A stretch of 63,675 nucleotides of DNA, counting the filler, from Craspedostauros australis (lineage: Eukaryota), in assembly GCA_030167865.1 (NCBI GenBank). It is 17 parts of 17 records of this genome, joined end to end, with 100 filler letters (N's around TTAATTAATTAA, not from the genome) between each part and the next. Parts side by side here need not be neighbours in the genome. Positions count along the whole stretch, not along the records: positions 51,099 to 52,974 come from JALAGF010001536.1; positions 53,075 to 54,121 come from JALAGF010001537.1; positions 54,222 to 55,541 come from JALAGF010001538.1; positions 55,642 to 57,052 come from JALAGF010001539.1; positions 57,153 to 61,672 come from JALAGF010001541.1; positions 61,773 to 63,675 come from JALAGF010001543.1; 11 more parts are not named here. One strand, written 5' to 3'. The notes below the pieces were generated by a model. That model had not been told where the DNA came from. It made no database searches and saw only the letters and a program-made list of their open reading frames with translations. The position numbers and the translations under genes were made by a program. The number at the start of each line of letters is the position of its first letter. Within the stretch, counting starts at the first letter, position 1. Shown piece by piece: positions 51,101 through 63,675 of the stretch.

Positions 51101-52129
51101 AAGACCTTCACCTCCCTCTTTTCGCATCAATTCGGCTCTCTCATCAATCTCGTCGACCGATTCCAAAGCCGCAGCGGCAAGTCCGCCATTCCAGGATACC
51201 CGTACAAGTTAGGACTGCTACTTTCTGGACCACCGGGCACGGGCAAGACCAGCTTCATCAAGGCCATCGCACATCACACCGATCGCCACATCGTCACAAT
51301 CCCTCTNTCAAGAGTCAAGACTAACCAAGAGCTGATGACGCTCTTCCTCACGAAGAAGTACGGAGGCTCGAACGGGGACCGCGCACTGAATCTGAGCTAC
51401 AAGGATGTCGTGTACGTGTTCGAAGACATCGATGCTTCGTCCGACGTTGTGATGGCACGTGATTTGATGACACCACCAGACGCGGCTTCGAGCACGGCAA
51501 GCGCGACCACCAACAGTGACAGCGGATCCTTCGAACAAGTGAGACCTTGGGAACAGCCAGGACATCGCCCTGCCGGTCCTGTCCACCAGACCAACATGAA
51601 CAGTCGAGGTACACGCGGCGAGGAGAACGATGGCAGCGATACCCTGAACCTATCGGGATTGCTGAACGTCCTGGACGGTATCATCGACATGCCCGGTCGA
51701 ATCATCATCATGACGACCAACCGCAAGTGCGTTCTGGATCCGGCCTTGATCCGACCTGGACGTATTGATCGACAGGTGGAGCTGGGGTACATGATCGCAT
51801 CGGATGCGATCGCCATGGTCGAACACTATAATCAAATCCAGCTGACACGCGAGCAACGCGTTCGCATTGAGCAGTGCTTTGATGCTGAATTTCGCGCTGT
51901 CGATGCTATCGATGCTGCCGACGAGGTGGATGGAGAGGATGGTAACAGCAGCCGTCACGACGATAACCCCAAGAGTATGAACAAGGCGAAGACGACAATC
52001 ACGACGGAGAAGTGCCTCCGACTGACACCAGCCGAATTGGAGCATCACGTCATCGATTTCAGCACGGTGGAAGAGTTCATGGTGTGGTTGGAGGGCAAGG
52101 TGGAAGACGCCAGCAGGGACCGTTCCTAA
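51101..52129 (+). CDS. BCS1-like AAA+ ATPase, 5' truncated
   Basis: GLLLSGPPGTGKTS, VFEDID, LSGLLNVLDG, MTTN and LDPALIRPGRID. Confidence 0.9.
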   Translation, partial: KTFTSLFSHQFGSLINLVDRFQSRSGKSAIPGYPYKLGLLLSGPPGTGKTSFIKAIAHHTDRHIVTIPXSRVKTNQELMTLFLTKKYGGSNGDRALNLSYKDVVYVFEDIDASSDVVMARDLMTPPDAASSTASATTNSDSGSFEQVRPWEQPGHRPAGPVHQTNMNSRGTRGEENDGSDTLNLSGLLNVLDGIIDMPGRIIIMTTNRKCVLDPALIRPGRIDRQVELGYMIASDAIAMVEHYNQIQLTREQRVRIEQCFDAEFRAVDAIDAADEVDGEDGNSSRHDDNPKSMNKAKTTITTEKCLRLTPAELEHHVIDFSTVEEFMVWLEGKVEDASRDRS

Positions 52130-52638
52130 ATACCCAACAGGCAAACGCAAACGTAAACGTAAACGCAAGTACAAGGGAAAGGACAGGGACATACAAGTGT
52201 ATTGAACGATGGCCGTCTGGAACATGCAATCGAATGTGGCAGGCGCGATGATAAGCTCCTTATTGTTGCAGATTCAAGCAAGTTGTTTTGAAACGACGAT
52301 GAACAAGGCACAGGAAAACACAATGTGATGTAGTACGAGAATAATACTGCTAACAACACACACGCTCCCAATCAAGTTCCATTCCTCTTCGCTTTGGCAA
52401 CTGTGCATTGTTGTGCATTGTCGTGTGTGGTTTCATGTGTGTCCTATGAGCTTTTCCGTGGAGTATGGTACTCTCTGCTGTGGAGTTCGCTCTCAGCATC
52501 TCTGTGTTGGTGAGTAGTCGAGCCCAAACGTGATGGCTGTGGTCCTGGTAGTAGTTGTTGCTGAAGGCAGAGGCTTGATTGCGGGCTGTCCGGACATGTG
52601 TTCTTCTGTTCACAAAGAGTCGATCGAGAGTTCTCATA

Positions 52639-52974
52639 TGTTGGAAATCCGGGGTTATAATTAGTACTGTAATTTAATCTGCTGTTAGAAACTGTACCGT
52701 TTTAGAACTGTGAGCTCAATCTCACTTTCTCTTCCAATTTCGATTTCATGGCAGTTGTCTACTGCAGTGGCGACACGGGGTGTCCTTGTGTTCCTAGGTG
52801 CTTCTCTCTGCATTCATCATGCTCTGTTCTTGCATCCTTATCTTGGCATCTTTGTTGTTTGCCTCTGCATCTTTGTAGCTGTCTACGTTCGCATGGTAGG
52901 AATCTGCAGTCCTGAGTACTTGCCTGTCATATGTTTCCGTTGTTGATCTCATGACACCATCGTCTCACGATTGG
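52639..52974 (+). mobile_element. LTR start, family TGTTGGAAATCC, copy 1
   Basis: Same terminus at 53833 and 55191; shares AAACTGTACCGTTTTAGAACTGTGAG with the 53833 copy and GATCTC.TGACACC..ACGATTGG with the 55191 copy. Confidence 0.7.
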
Positions 52975-53097
52975 NNNNNNNNNNNNNNNNNNNNNNNNNN
53001 NNNNNNNNNNNNNNNNNNTTAATTAATTAANNNNNNNNNNNNNNNNNNNNNNNNNNNNNNNNNNNNNNNNNNNNCTCTCCTCACCAACAACAACGAC

Positions 53098-53832
53098 TTG
53101 ATCACTCTACGTTCTCGGTGCGGTATCTTCAAACCCATCTACGATTACGTTCTAACAAGTTGTGTTAGAAAGCGGATCTCCTTTCCAGCTTCTGACAGTG
53201 CGACATACTCGGCCTCAGTCGAGCTCAATGTCACGCTGCATTGTGCCTTCGATCTCCAGATGATAGGCACGCCTTGCAGCAGGACCAGATGTCCTCCAAC
53301 GCTGATGCGGTTGTCCTTGTCTCCAGCGAACTCGCTGTCGGTGTACACCACGATCTTCCATGCGTTGTTGTTCAACAGCTTGGACTCCATCCTCAATCCG
53401 TATTCTCTCGTGTCTGACACGAACTTCATCACTCTCAGCATCTCCTTGTATGCAGTGGTCGTTGGTCCATCCAGCACCTTCGTGAGCTCTCGGACTGCAT
53501 TCGCGATGTCTGGTCTCGAATGCTTCACCAGGTATAGCAGCATACCCACTCCACTGCGGTATCTGCTGTGTCGATCCTTGTCGACCTTGGGTACCTTGCT
53601 GTTCCTCTGGATCCCTTGGCCTGGTGTGCCTGGGGTTCTGTATCGTTGAAGCTTCGTCACATCGCTCTTGAACGTATCCGTGATGTTCTTGATGATGTGA
53701 GGCTGATTCACCCAGCAGTTGGTTTCGTTCTCGTTGAATTCGATCCGGCAACTCAAGTAGTCTTCGAGTCCATCCTCGATCTGGATTCCGAATCGTTCGC
53801 ACTTGATGTCCTTCACCAGTCGCTTCAGCTCG
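53098..53832 (-). mobile_element. Copia RT C-terminus and RNase H fragment
   Basis: YRSGVGMLLYL..SRPDI, YTDSEFAGD and W.SK.Q..VTLSSTEAEY. Confidence 0.93.
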
Positions 53833-54121
53833 TGTTGGAAATCCAGGGTTATAGTAGAGTCTAATGCTTATTAAACTGTACCGTTTTAGAACTGTGAGAA
53901 CAACACACTCATTTCTCAAATCGTCGACTCGTTTGCCCATGATGATGCTGATGGCCTCCTGTAGTTGCCCCTCACAATCATCATTACAATCTCTCTCCGT
54001 CATGTCCATTTCATTGCTCATGACAAGTGCATTTCATCATGCTCAGCTGTTGAGAGATCAGTCTACACTCCTGAGGTGCATGCATGCCGATGCTCGATTC
54101 ACTCTCTTCTCATCAGACATC
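53833..54121 (+). mobile_element. LTR start, family TGTTGGAAATCC, copy 2 (nested in Copia RT)
   Basis: The RT frame is interrupted exactly at TGTTGG. Confidence 0.7.
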
Positions 54122-55190
54122 NNNNNNNNNNNNNNNNNNNNNNNNNNNNNNNNNNNNNNNNNNNNTTAATTAATTAANNNNNNNNNNNNNNNNNNNNNNN
54201 NNNNNNNNNNNNNNNNNNNNNCTTCTCATCGAAGCACACACTTCCTGTGTTGCTATTTTTATTGTTGTCGCCAATTCATGGCTGGTAGGTTACATCCTTA
54301 CCTCCTCGATCATACCGCAGTAGGAATCGCGGCCAGCACTCGAGCCTGTATCACACGATGGCCAACAGTGCCACGTGATCATCTCGATGCTTTCCATTGC
54401 TGCTCCTCATGTCACTTGCGATGTGCTCGCGACCATGGGCCATGCCCATGCCTGCGAATATCTTTTTCATTCTTTATCATATCCTTCCTTCCTGAATGCT
54501 TGTGATGGATTACCTCGCGCGTGCCACGTGCACGGACGATCAACATTAGCTATCTGCATTGCTCCTCATCCATCTCGGCTTTAATATCGACCGAGTGGTT
54601 CCGAGGCAGCTCTGCGCCTTGCAGGGGTAGGTAGGAAGCTCTCACCGCTTCCTCGATTGCATCTCATTGAGCTCCTTCAGCTATCTCGCCTTCATGGCGC
54701 AGTCTGCTGAGTCTGATGCGTCCGAGAGCGTGGTCTGCTGCGTCCAAATCTATTCTTGCGTGCAGCTTGCTCTCGTGCTCCAACCTAGCCGTAAAGGTCT
54801 CCGTGCCTTCCTCGACTTCATGGTCCCATGACCATGGACAGTTCTTCCAATGCGTGTGTCGAGCGCCTCCTTGCTTCCAGTAGTACATGCNNNNNNNNNN
54901 NNNNNNNNNNNNNNNNNNNNNNNNNNNNNNNNNNNNNNNNNNNNNNNNNNNNNNNNNNNNNNNNNNNNNNNNNNNNNNCGTCGTCGCTCGTGTGGGGGTT
55001 GCCGTGCCGTTCTTGGCGTCCATTGGCAAGGAGCACCGTGCTCCAGAGCGTCCTGCTCTCCTTTCTTGACACAGGGGACCATTATTCGCGATGGTCTCTG
55101 GTGTAGATGATGGTCATGTCGACGATGGTGATGTTGGCTAGTGTTGGTGGTGATGGAAACGTTGGATTTCAATCATAACGTTTCGAAACG

Positions 55191-55541
55191 TGTTGGAAAT
55201 CCGGGGTAACCCAGNNNNNNNNNNNNNNNNNNNNNNNNNNNNNNNNNNNNNNNNNNNNNNNNNNNNNNNNNNNNNNNNNNNNNNNNNNNNNNNCAATTCC
55301 ATTTGCCATAGCATGTATAATCCACAGTAACATCGTGAGATACTGCTGTGTTCATCATGTCATGCAGCATGTACTTCATGTACATCTCACCATGCATCTC
55401 TTCATGCACTTCATATATTTCAGTAGTTTCATTTCGCTCAACATTCATGCGGCACATTTCCGCAGTCATGCATCCATCTCGTCACAGGTTTCGTCCTTGA
55501 TCTCTTGACACCTTTTCTTACGATTGGTGTCAAGCTTGATG
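55191..55541 (+). mobile_element. LTR start, family TGTTGGAAATCC, copy 3
   Basis: Shared terminus, plus an internal motif shared with the 52639 copy. Confidence 0.6.
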
Positions 55542-55642
55542 NNNNNNNNNNNNNNNNNNNNNNNNNNNNNNNNNNNNNNNNNNNNTTAATTAATTAANNN
55601 NNNNNNNNNNNNNNNNNNNNNNNNNNNNNNNNNNNNNNNNNA

Positions 55643-57052
55643 GTGACAGTCTACGCTGTGCGCAAGTTCCTCGGGATCATGAGCAAATACATGCTCACAG
55701 GAATCATGACTCCACACTTCGATGCGCTCGACTTCGCTGCAAGCTCTCTTCGTGATCCAGCCGAATCCGACGACCTCGAAACGCTGATGAACGAAGGGCA
55801 CACTCCTCCAGAATGCGGACTCGGAGCAACAATGTTCAAGGCAAAGTTCCTCTCCATCTGGAATGCAATCGGACAGAGCCACGACTACCGGCTGGCGTTC
55901 GAATCCTTGCGACATCAAACAAGCACCATTCGCCCAGGACCATGGCAGCAACCCAGCAAGTTCGAAGTTCAGCAATTCAACCTCGGAGTGCAAGAAGGAG
56001 GCACCGAGCCGGTTCATCACGTACCCAACACGCGCGAGACCGACTATCAAGCCATCCTCCAAAGCACCCTAACAGTTGACCCAAGCTACATTCTCGACAC
56101 CAACAACTGCATCCCACAGAAGGATTGGGCCAACATCGAGCAACACGCATACTCAGTGAACATCATCGAGCCACAGCCAGATGCCACCAACTTCCCAGCT
56201 TATGTTGACTGGCAACTCATGAGCTACTTCGCTACAGGCGCCGACCTCGACATCTCTGAGCGAACGGCAGCGTACAAGGCTTCGACCTCCGACCCAGACA
56301 CACTCTCCTTCGACGAGGCCATCCGCGATAACAATAGAGACGCATGGATGCAAGCGGCAAACAAAGAAATCCAAGATCTCACCGAGAAGGGTACATGGGA
56401 GGAAGTCAACAAGGACACTGTGCCGTATGGAGAGAAGATCTACCCAGGAACGTGGGTCTTTCGCCGCAAGCGCCTCCCCGATGGTACAATCAAAAAGTAC
56501 AAGGGTTGATGGTGCTGCCGCGGCGATCTCATCTTCGAAGACTCCTCGACTTATGCGCCAGTCGTGGCATGGTCCTCCGTTCGCATCTTCCTAATCACGT
56601 CCATCGTCCTGGGATGGGTCACAACATCAATCGACTTCACCAACGCCTTCGTCCAAGCCGAAATTCACAAGCCGGTGTTCCTCCATCTACCACGAGGATT
56701 CAAGTCAAGCAAGGGGTCGAACACCTGCCTTGTCCTCANNAAGAGCCTATACGGCCTNACCATCGCCCCTCGCCTGTGGTACGAACACCTCATTCGAGCT
56801 CTCCTTGCCGAAGGATTCACGGCCTGCGACCAGGAGCAGTGCCTCTTCATCCGCGAAGGCATCATGATAGTGCTCTACGTCGATGACGCCGACATCGCAT
56901 CCAAGACCAAGAAATTCGCAGACGACTTCATCCGCTCAATGCGAAACCGAGGATTCGAACTCACCCAAGAAGGAAGCTTCAACGAGTTCCTCGGCATCGA
57001 AGTCAACCGTGACCCACAAGCCGACTACATCCACTTGCGGCAGCCAGGGCTC
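55643..57052 (+). pseudogene. Copia pol (linker + RT) fragment with an in-frame stop
   Basis: DPDTLSFDEA, TWVFRRKR.PDG..KKYKG*WCCRGD, DFTNAFVQ, KSLYG and LYVDD; TGA at 56507 where Arg is expected. Confidence 0.92.
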
Positions 57053-57152
57053 NNNNNNNNNNNNNNNNNNNNNNNNNNNNNNNNNNNNNNNNNNNNTTAA
57101 TTAATTAANNNNNNNNNNNNNNNNNNNNNNNNNNNNNNNNNNNNNNNNNNNN

Positions 57153-57542
57153 TTGCTCTCCGCACATGTAGTTACACTGCAGTGTAGGTCATGACAATCA
57201 GTGGTGACGGTCATGAAGCAGTGGCTGTGGCTGAAGCTGACACTCGGATTCCATTGCTTGAGTTGAAGCAAGTTGGATACGCATGCTGAGACCACGGTGG
57301 TAGTGTGGTGGTCATCAGCAATGAAGGAATCGAGATAAGTTTTAGTAAGGAGGATCTGAAGAGCATATAGTTCCCAGGTGGGGTGTGAGTCAGGTCGGTC
57401 AGGTTTGAGTCATGATGGATTCGTGAATGGAGGAGAGAAAGGAGGAGAAAAAGGTTTGGTGGTCAATCAAGTCGGAAGATTTCGCGCCAAAACAGGAATT
57501 TCTCCCATCGGGTTGATACCGTGTTCGGTACTAGTCTGTCCC
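57153..57542 (-). mobile_element. Harbinger-like DNA transposon end, copy 2
   Basis: Minus-strand terminus TGA|GGGACAGACTA; homologous to 1340-1740; 57153-57285 is the reverse complement of 61773-61905. Confidence 0.6.
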
Positions 57543-57836
57543 TCATTGAATCTCAACTCTGATGTTCATTGGCTCGGCTGTGCTCTGGCTCTCCGTGTCC
57601 TCGAGATGGTTGCTCCTGCAGGGGATGAGCGGAGCGCAGTCTCTCGATGATGTCAGACTCTCGCGGAAGACCCGCTGGTTGGGTCTGTGGTTGGGCGAGG
57701 AGATCTCGAGGAAGCGATCATCCCACAACAGCCGGTCGCTGCTCTCGTCCAGCGAGAGGGAGTCGTTCTCAGCATCATCGTCGCCGAAGTCGTCGTCGAC
57801 CATCATGGGGCAGATGATTTCCTTCGGAGGTGGCAT
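57543..57836 (-). CDS. Short hypothetical protein ending at the transposon junction
   Basis: 97-aa ATG ORF, acidic and Ser-rich; its stop coincides with the element terminus. No recognised domain. Confidence 0.35.
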   Translation of the reverse strand: MPPPKEIICPMMVDDDFGDDDAENDSLSLDESSDRLLWDDRFLEISSPNHRPNQRVFRESLTSSRDCAPLIPCRSNHLEDTESQSTAEPMNIRVEIQ

Positions 57837-60800
57837 CTTGTTAACTCTCAGAGCGTGGCGCCGTGGCAGGGATTGCGCGGATTATGTGATGTTGATGTGG
57901 TTGTCCTCGTTGCTTGGTGATGGACGTTTCGCGCTTCGATTGTTGGCATGCCGTCGCGGTGATGGGTTGTTGAAATTTATGATGGCTGGTGCAGTTGTGC
58001 TTCGTGCTTCGTACTTCGCGACACCTCCACGGCGTGCGAGCACGGATGGTCGTACCAACTCAGTACAGCTCAGACCATGATGGGTTTCGACATGTCAGAC
58101 ATGGCGCCAGGAACCCGAAGGAGTCAGAATGCCAGCGAGTTCGTAGGATTCTGGAACCGGGCCTCCGTTTAGATTCGAGGCAGCAGGCAGAGGGATTCGA
58201 GTTACGAGTAGCTCGTCAGGTGTACGAGCGCCAGTAACTCCTATGAACAGTAGGATCGTTCCGCTCTGTCGAGAAACCATGGTGTGGTCCCCCGTACCAA
58301 TCCTCACGTACAAGTAGCTCGTACGCGTATGATCTATGATTGATGCGAACAGAACAGGAGAGGCCCACACAGAACGATTCGGGACGTTCCACGAGGGAAG
58401 GGAAGACCTGTCAAGACACAGGCGCAGATCAGGACAGTACAGCAGAGTACAGCACAACAGAGCAAAGCGTGACGCAGAACACCAATACGAGGTACCCGCC
58501 CCCAGCCGCCAACACAACCGTCACAGATTCCTGCCACTTCTATTGATAAAATCAGGTCGGAAAGTGGAGCGATGTCACGAAGGCGGAAAACGCGATGAGC
58601 ATTTTGCAACTTCCCTTCCGATGGGTCGACCGGAGACAATTTGGGATGTCAATGCGTACCATGCGGTGGTAGGATGCTTGTCCACAAACCATGTCATGAT
58701 GTTGCCCGTGACAACCTTCCTCATTGAGAGACGTGTCGCTGGTGGTGATTGTGGTAACTCAAGCGCGCGTGCTTGCGTACCGCTGCCTGCGCGGGGTAGA
58801 GAGAAGCTCCCTCGTGGTGCAAAAGGCATCAACCTCTATCGACACTTCCAGGCAGCGATAGGAGAACTGAAGAGAGCAGCAAATTCGCAAGCGTTCTACG
58901 GAACTGACAAAGTTCGATGGTGTTGACATCGAACTTTGTTCGGCTCACGCAACAACATGCCACGGTTGAGCAGCTTTGCCCGGTGTGTTGCGTTCGCCAC
59001 TCAACCCAAGAGTAATAGTATTGGTACTCTCCAGTAGAGTCTCAAACATCTGTAAACTGGTGAAAGGTGAAGGCCGTATCCAACCCCTGTGGAGAGCACA
59101 AGATCTACGAACTTCTTCACGAGCGATAGAGAGAGAGAGAGTACTGTAGGGTAGATGGAATGATGTGTGCACTGCAGCCGTCACATTTCTCCAGTGTCCC
59201 TCCCACTCTCCCTCCGCCCCTTCACTACTCCCCTCGCTGCCTTCCTTCCTTCCTTCCTTGCTTGCTTTCTCACACCGAATCTGTATTGCTCTGAGCGAGA
59301 CGCAGAGATTGACGCGAGTAGCTCGTATCTTGGTCGCGATATGGTCTCTTTCAACCATGCTGCCATACGAGCAACACTGCCATCCTGTTGGTACCGACTT
59401 CACGGTTACATATATGACTACAGCCTACCCACGCCACGAATAGTTCGTTGAGCCCCACAGACACCCGTACAAGGACTCGTGGTCTCTCTTCCACGTGATC
59501 CCACAGAACCAACAAATGAAGCGTGCACAGCACGAGTACGACCACCTCGAGAAAGCTGTTCTTTCATGTTCAAGATGGTGAGGGTCGACCATCACCTTCA
59601 TCGCCATGGGGTGCTTTTCGCCCAGATCACAGGAGTATGCACCAGCGTTGCTGCTGGAACAGCTCTCGCAGCTGTCATCATACACTTACGAGTACAATTA
59701 CGAGTAGGTATGTTTGATGCGGCCACCGTATGGCATGACATGGCATGGTACATAGTCGTACGGGTTGAGCTGTGGACGAGGATGGCGGCCATGGCGAGCC
59801 CTTGCAATTTCATCACGCGAATCGCCAACATCTCGCGACCGCGAATTTCGTGAGGGCTGGGGATCAATTTGGCAACAAAACGAGGAGCTCCGGATAGCAA
59901 CGCTTCCCAAACCAGATCCTGCCGTGCTCGTGGTCGACGATGGCGCGTTGCGAACCATGCAACTGCTTCACGAGTATTCGTGTGTGGTACGTGGGAGATG
60001 GACATGCTTTTGCGGACCTACCTCCACGGGTGCATCAAAACCTACGTATTGGCAAGTATGGTACGGACGAGTGTTTGCACCTGCCAACAATCTACGTGTA
60101 CAAGTGGGGTTGAGAGCGATGTGCGAACACTCACGTACATTCCCAGTTGCCTTCCCATCAACTCTTCTATCCGGGTATCTATCCCGAGAGCTACTGTGAT
60201 CGAATGGGAGCACCACGCCACGCGTGCTTCGCCAAATCTACGATAGGTGGTATCTTTGTTCAATGCTGCAGTACACAAATAGGCCGCTCCAGCATGCGCG
60301 TGTTGTCGCTCCATCGTCGATACTCACGGCGAGAGGAGCCAGAGATCGGGGTTTGGTCGTGCTGGGGACTCGTTCGAGCTATGACGGCATAGGCTTGCTT
60401 GTCCTCTCCATTGGTTCTATTCTACTTTATTTCATCTTTGTTGATGTTGAACTCCACCACGTCGGACCGGATCAAAGCGTCCAAGTCCACGAATCCACAA
60501 GGATCAGGCAATAGCGCGAGAGAGAGAGCAACCGATCAAGACCAGAATGGAGAGATCGGGAGCTCCAACCTTCTACCAACCCCCATTGCCGTTCATGGTG
60601 CAATCAACGTTCGGGATGTGCTGGTATCGCGCGTTGCATAGGAACTGCCACCTGTTTCATGTTCGCTTCTCTACTCGTACATTCTATTATGTTCTTTCCT
60701 CTGTGGCCTTGTTCTGGTCGCCTGATCCTTTTGGTGGTGGGTGGAAATGCAAGATTGATGCTCCGGACCAGCCAAGGTGCCATGGGGATACGAGCTGACT

Positions 60801-61772
60801 ACGAGCATGGGACCTGCTATCTATCTGGATGGTGGTCTTGCGGTGCTCGTATGCATGTCTGGATGTGCGTGTGGCGACATCGTGCGCTCGTGTTCTGTCT
60901 CCTGTCTGATTCTTCTTTCAACTTGGAAGCAGATCCATCGTTTCTTCCAACAGGAAAGTTGCCCAACCTCGCATGTGTACTTCCTATTTGTACTCGTATT
61001 TGCAGACATGTAACACTGATGGTCGTGGGCAAGGAGGAGGATCTATGACGGAAACGACCAACGTGCAAACAGAGAACGTATCGCATTCTTATGGTAGGCG
61101 GTATAAAGAGTAGAATGCAATGGAGTACCTATGGCTGCATGTACCCTGCTGGTTTCTATCCCGTCTTGATTTGGGCTCGTTGCGTTTCTCGCACAGGGAG
61201 GGCAAGCCAAGATCGTTGCAGCCAACGACACGTCCCATGAGATTAGTGCTATTCCGTGTTATATGATGTAATAGTTGCGACAACAACTACGACGCGACAG
61301 CCATAATCTATGGATAGATCGTGCATTTGGATGTTGGATGAGAGATCCACAATTATAAGAGCCCCTCGAGCGAGTCGACCAACTGTTTGAAATGAAGAGT
61401 CTAGTCGTTTTTCTGGGATTTTAAAACTAATTACATATACATGATTCTCGTAGTCTATATACATATGGTGGACCCTTTCAGCTTCTACTTGGTTTCATTT
61501 TAAGTTTTATGGAGTGATCTATGTGTGCATTGCAGTCGCGTTGATCCAACAGCAGCAAATTCGTTAGTTTCTGCCGAAGGTTCAATTATGTTCTCATGTA
61601 TTTATCGTGAGGTGATCAGTCACGGACTTGCTTCCGAAGGTCTCAGTCGTTTGGTACGCGTTAATTACACGTNNNNNNNNNNNNNNNNNNNNNNNNNNNN
61701 NNNNNNNNNNNNNNNNTTAATTAATTAANNNNNNNNNNNNNNNNNNNNNNNNNNNNNNNNNNNNNNNNNNNN

Positions 61773-62215
61773 CATGCGTATCCAACTTGCTTCAACTCAA
61801 GCAATGGAATCCGAGTGTCAGCTTCAGCCACAGCCACTGCTTCATGACCGTCACCACTGATTGTCATGACCTACACTGCAGTGTAACTACATGTGCGGAG
61901 AGCAANNNNNNNNNNNNNNNNNNNNNNNNNNNNNNNNNNNNNNNNNNNNNNNNNNNNNNNNNNNNNNNNNNNNNNNNNNNNNNNNNNNNNNNNNNNNNNN
62001 NNNNNNNNNNNNNNNNNNNNNNNNNNNNNNNNNNNNNNNNNNNNNNNNNNNNNNNNNNNNNNNNNNNNNNNNNNNNNNNNNNNNNNNNNNACACCTCTCT
62101 TGAACTGCATCACACGGCTATCCCGAAGCCGGCAGATTCACGAGGCATTCTCCACCGATTCGCGACGCCTACGCACGAATCCTAACTACCTCTGAATGGA
62201 GGGATTCCAGCGCTA
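61773..62215 (+). mobile_element. Harbinger-like element internal fragment, copy 3
   Basis: Homologous to 1602-2032 and 2839 onward, without the LTR insertion. Confidence 0.55.
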
Positions 62216-63069
62216 CCCCTTGCAACACACTCAACTCTACCAACATCAATGCACAAGCAGAGACAGAGACAGCGACAGGGACATGAGTCTGACAGAAGGG
62301 GACGAGCCAGAAGATTCAAAGCAAGCTTGAAGGTGCTAGATAACCTATCATCCAACGCAGACGAAAGCCAAGCGACAATGGATTAGCCATTCGTTGTATT
62401 CGATACCATCGCTGTTGGGAGTTGGTGTGTACAATCCGGTCATTGTTGTACGCGAAAACACACACAAGAACAACTTCAAGAAGTTTTGAGGACACACTTG
62501 AGCAAACTGTTTCGATCCACTTAGTCAATATTGATACCGTATTGGTGGTTTCACTGGTTTGCAGAACAGAGTCTGTTCGTTATGTGTTAATGTTCTGGTA
62601 TTTGAGATACTGTGCGGCTAGGTCGTAGACTGACAGATGATACAAGGCCGACAAAGCAAGTCCAAAGAACTTTGCTCTTTCTCTCCACCGATACTTGGAG
62701 GCTCATCGGACGACATGCGAATGCTGCGAACTGTGCCGAGCAGGCAGGTGGTTAGATGGATCCACGAGTCTGCTGTTACAATACCAGCCCATGCCCAAAC
62801 CAGTAGCACTTGCGGGAAAGCGTTGTTGCTGCCCAATGATGAATTCTACAGTTCCACACTGCAAGCTGGAGGTTGCGCACATTGAAGAGCACTCTCGCTT
62901 GTTGTTTGTTCATTATCTCGACATGCCTTGCATGATGGGATGGGGAAAGCGATAAACTACCAGACGGTATCGAGTCCTATGGCGCCTACGCATGGTAGCC
63001 TGGGCCTGATAGCCTCATGTGTGCATTTGGAGGTACAAGAGCTTACATCTCTGCTCATTTTATTTTGAA

Positions 63070-63675
63070 TTAACTTGCATCTGTCAGCACGGAAACGCGG
63101 TCGATATCGATGTCCTGCTGCTCTGTCTCGACTCTGTGGCTATTGCTTTGGTCGGCTTCTTCTGATGCCGATTGGCTGGCGCTCTTCATACTGTGCGCAA
63201 TATGGGACGTAGCGGGGGTGTACGTTGACACCAGAATGATCTTGGCTCCCTCGGAGGCGTGCTGCGACACTCCCCCGCCAGTACCAGAAAGGATGCCATG
63301 AGAACGGATGCCTGGGAGGCCACCACCCTCCATTGAAAGGTCTCTGATGTACTCTGATCTCCGCTGCTTGATATCATCAATTTTGAAGATGCCACCCCAT
63401 GCCTTGAAATACTGCACCGACTTAGAAAGGTACTCCGTGGCCAGCTCCTTCTGCCCATGCAGCACGAAGTACTCACCAGCCATCTCGCAAGTTAGACCAG
63501 CGTCTTGGATGTAAGATGACCTGGCGGAAACTGCGATGGCCTTGTCGTAAGCGTTCTTCACGCTCCGCACCTTCCTTCTACCCTTGCGGATGGCGAGCTC
63601 TTCGGCATCTAGAATCAAGGCGTAATGCAGGCAGTTGGGTCCTTTTGCGGTTGTGACGGTCCGCAGTTGCTTGTG
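63070..63675 (-). CDS. C-terminal part of a predicted ATPase/TPR-like protein (COG3899-type family expanded in diatoms)
   Basis: GPNCLH..LILDAE, YDKAI..S....IQD.GL..E.AG and YF.AWG..K; open to the window end. Confidence 0.75.
   Translation of the reverse strand, partial: HKQLRTVTTAKGPNCLHYALILDAEELAIRKGRRKVRSVKNAYDKAIAVSARSSYIQDAGLTCEMAGEYFVLHGQKELATEYLSKSVQYFKAWGGIFKIDDIKQRRSEYIRDLSMEGGGLPGIRSHGILSGTGGGVSQHASEGAKIILVSTYTPATSHIAHSMKSASQSASEEADQSNSHRVETEQQDIDIDRVSVLTDAS

Noticed and set aside
54664..55172. Fragmentary minus-strand ORF next to an LTR
   Set aside because: Interrupted by an N gap and not assignable to any family.
56507..56509. Programmed stop readthrough or selenocysteine in Copia RT
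   Set aside because: The position is a conserved Arg; CGA>TGA decay is the simpler explanation.
57900..61672. Many short ORFs in a 3.8-kb stretch
   Set aside because: No motif, repeat structure or consistent exon chain that I can support.

Overview
Eukaryotic genomic DNA, very probably from a diatom (DUF6824 protein, diatom-style LRR C-cap, CoDi-like Copia elements, short spliceosomal introns). The window is a scaffold of 17 pieces joined by 16 artificial 100-bp linkers (N44-TTAATTAATTAA-N44). One long gene-rich contig (3399-33860) holds a decayed mariner, a disordered coiled-coil protein with five RFx[V/I/L] motifs, a secreted alpha-carbonic anhydrase, an SGNH/PAF-AH-like protein with degenerate catalytic residues, a GGCT/AIG2 protein, a ~3,100-aa DOCK-family protein that seems to lack DHR-2 lobe C, and a DDHD phospholipase A1. 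The PLA1 sits head-to-head with an intronless NRPS-like gene (fatty acyl-AMP ligase + carrier protein + poly-lysine-synthetase-like membrane domain). The remainder is short repeat-rich contigs with Copia gag/IN/RT/RNaseH fragments, two LTR families, mariner and Harbinger-like pieces, minisatellites, a duplicated tRNA-like unit inside a possible TRIM, and partial host genes. The most promising candidates for something undescribed are the FAAL-ACP-Pls-like gene (and its pairing with the PLA1), the tRNA-in-direct-repeat mini-element and the multi-RFxV protein. All calls come from motif recognition by eye; no database searches were run.
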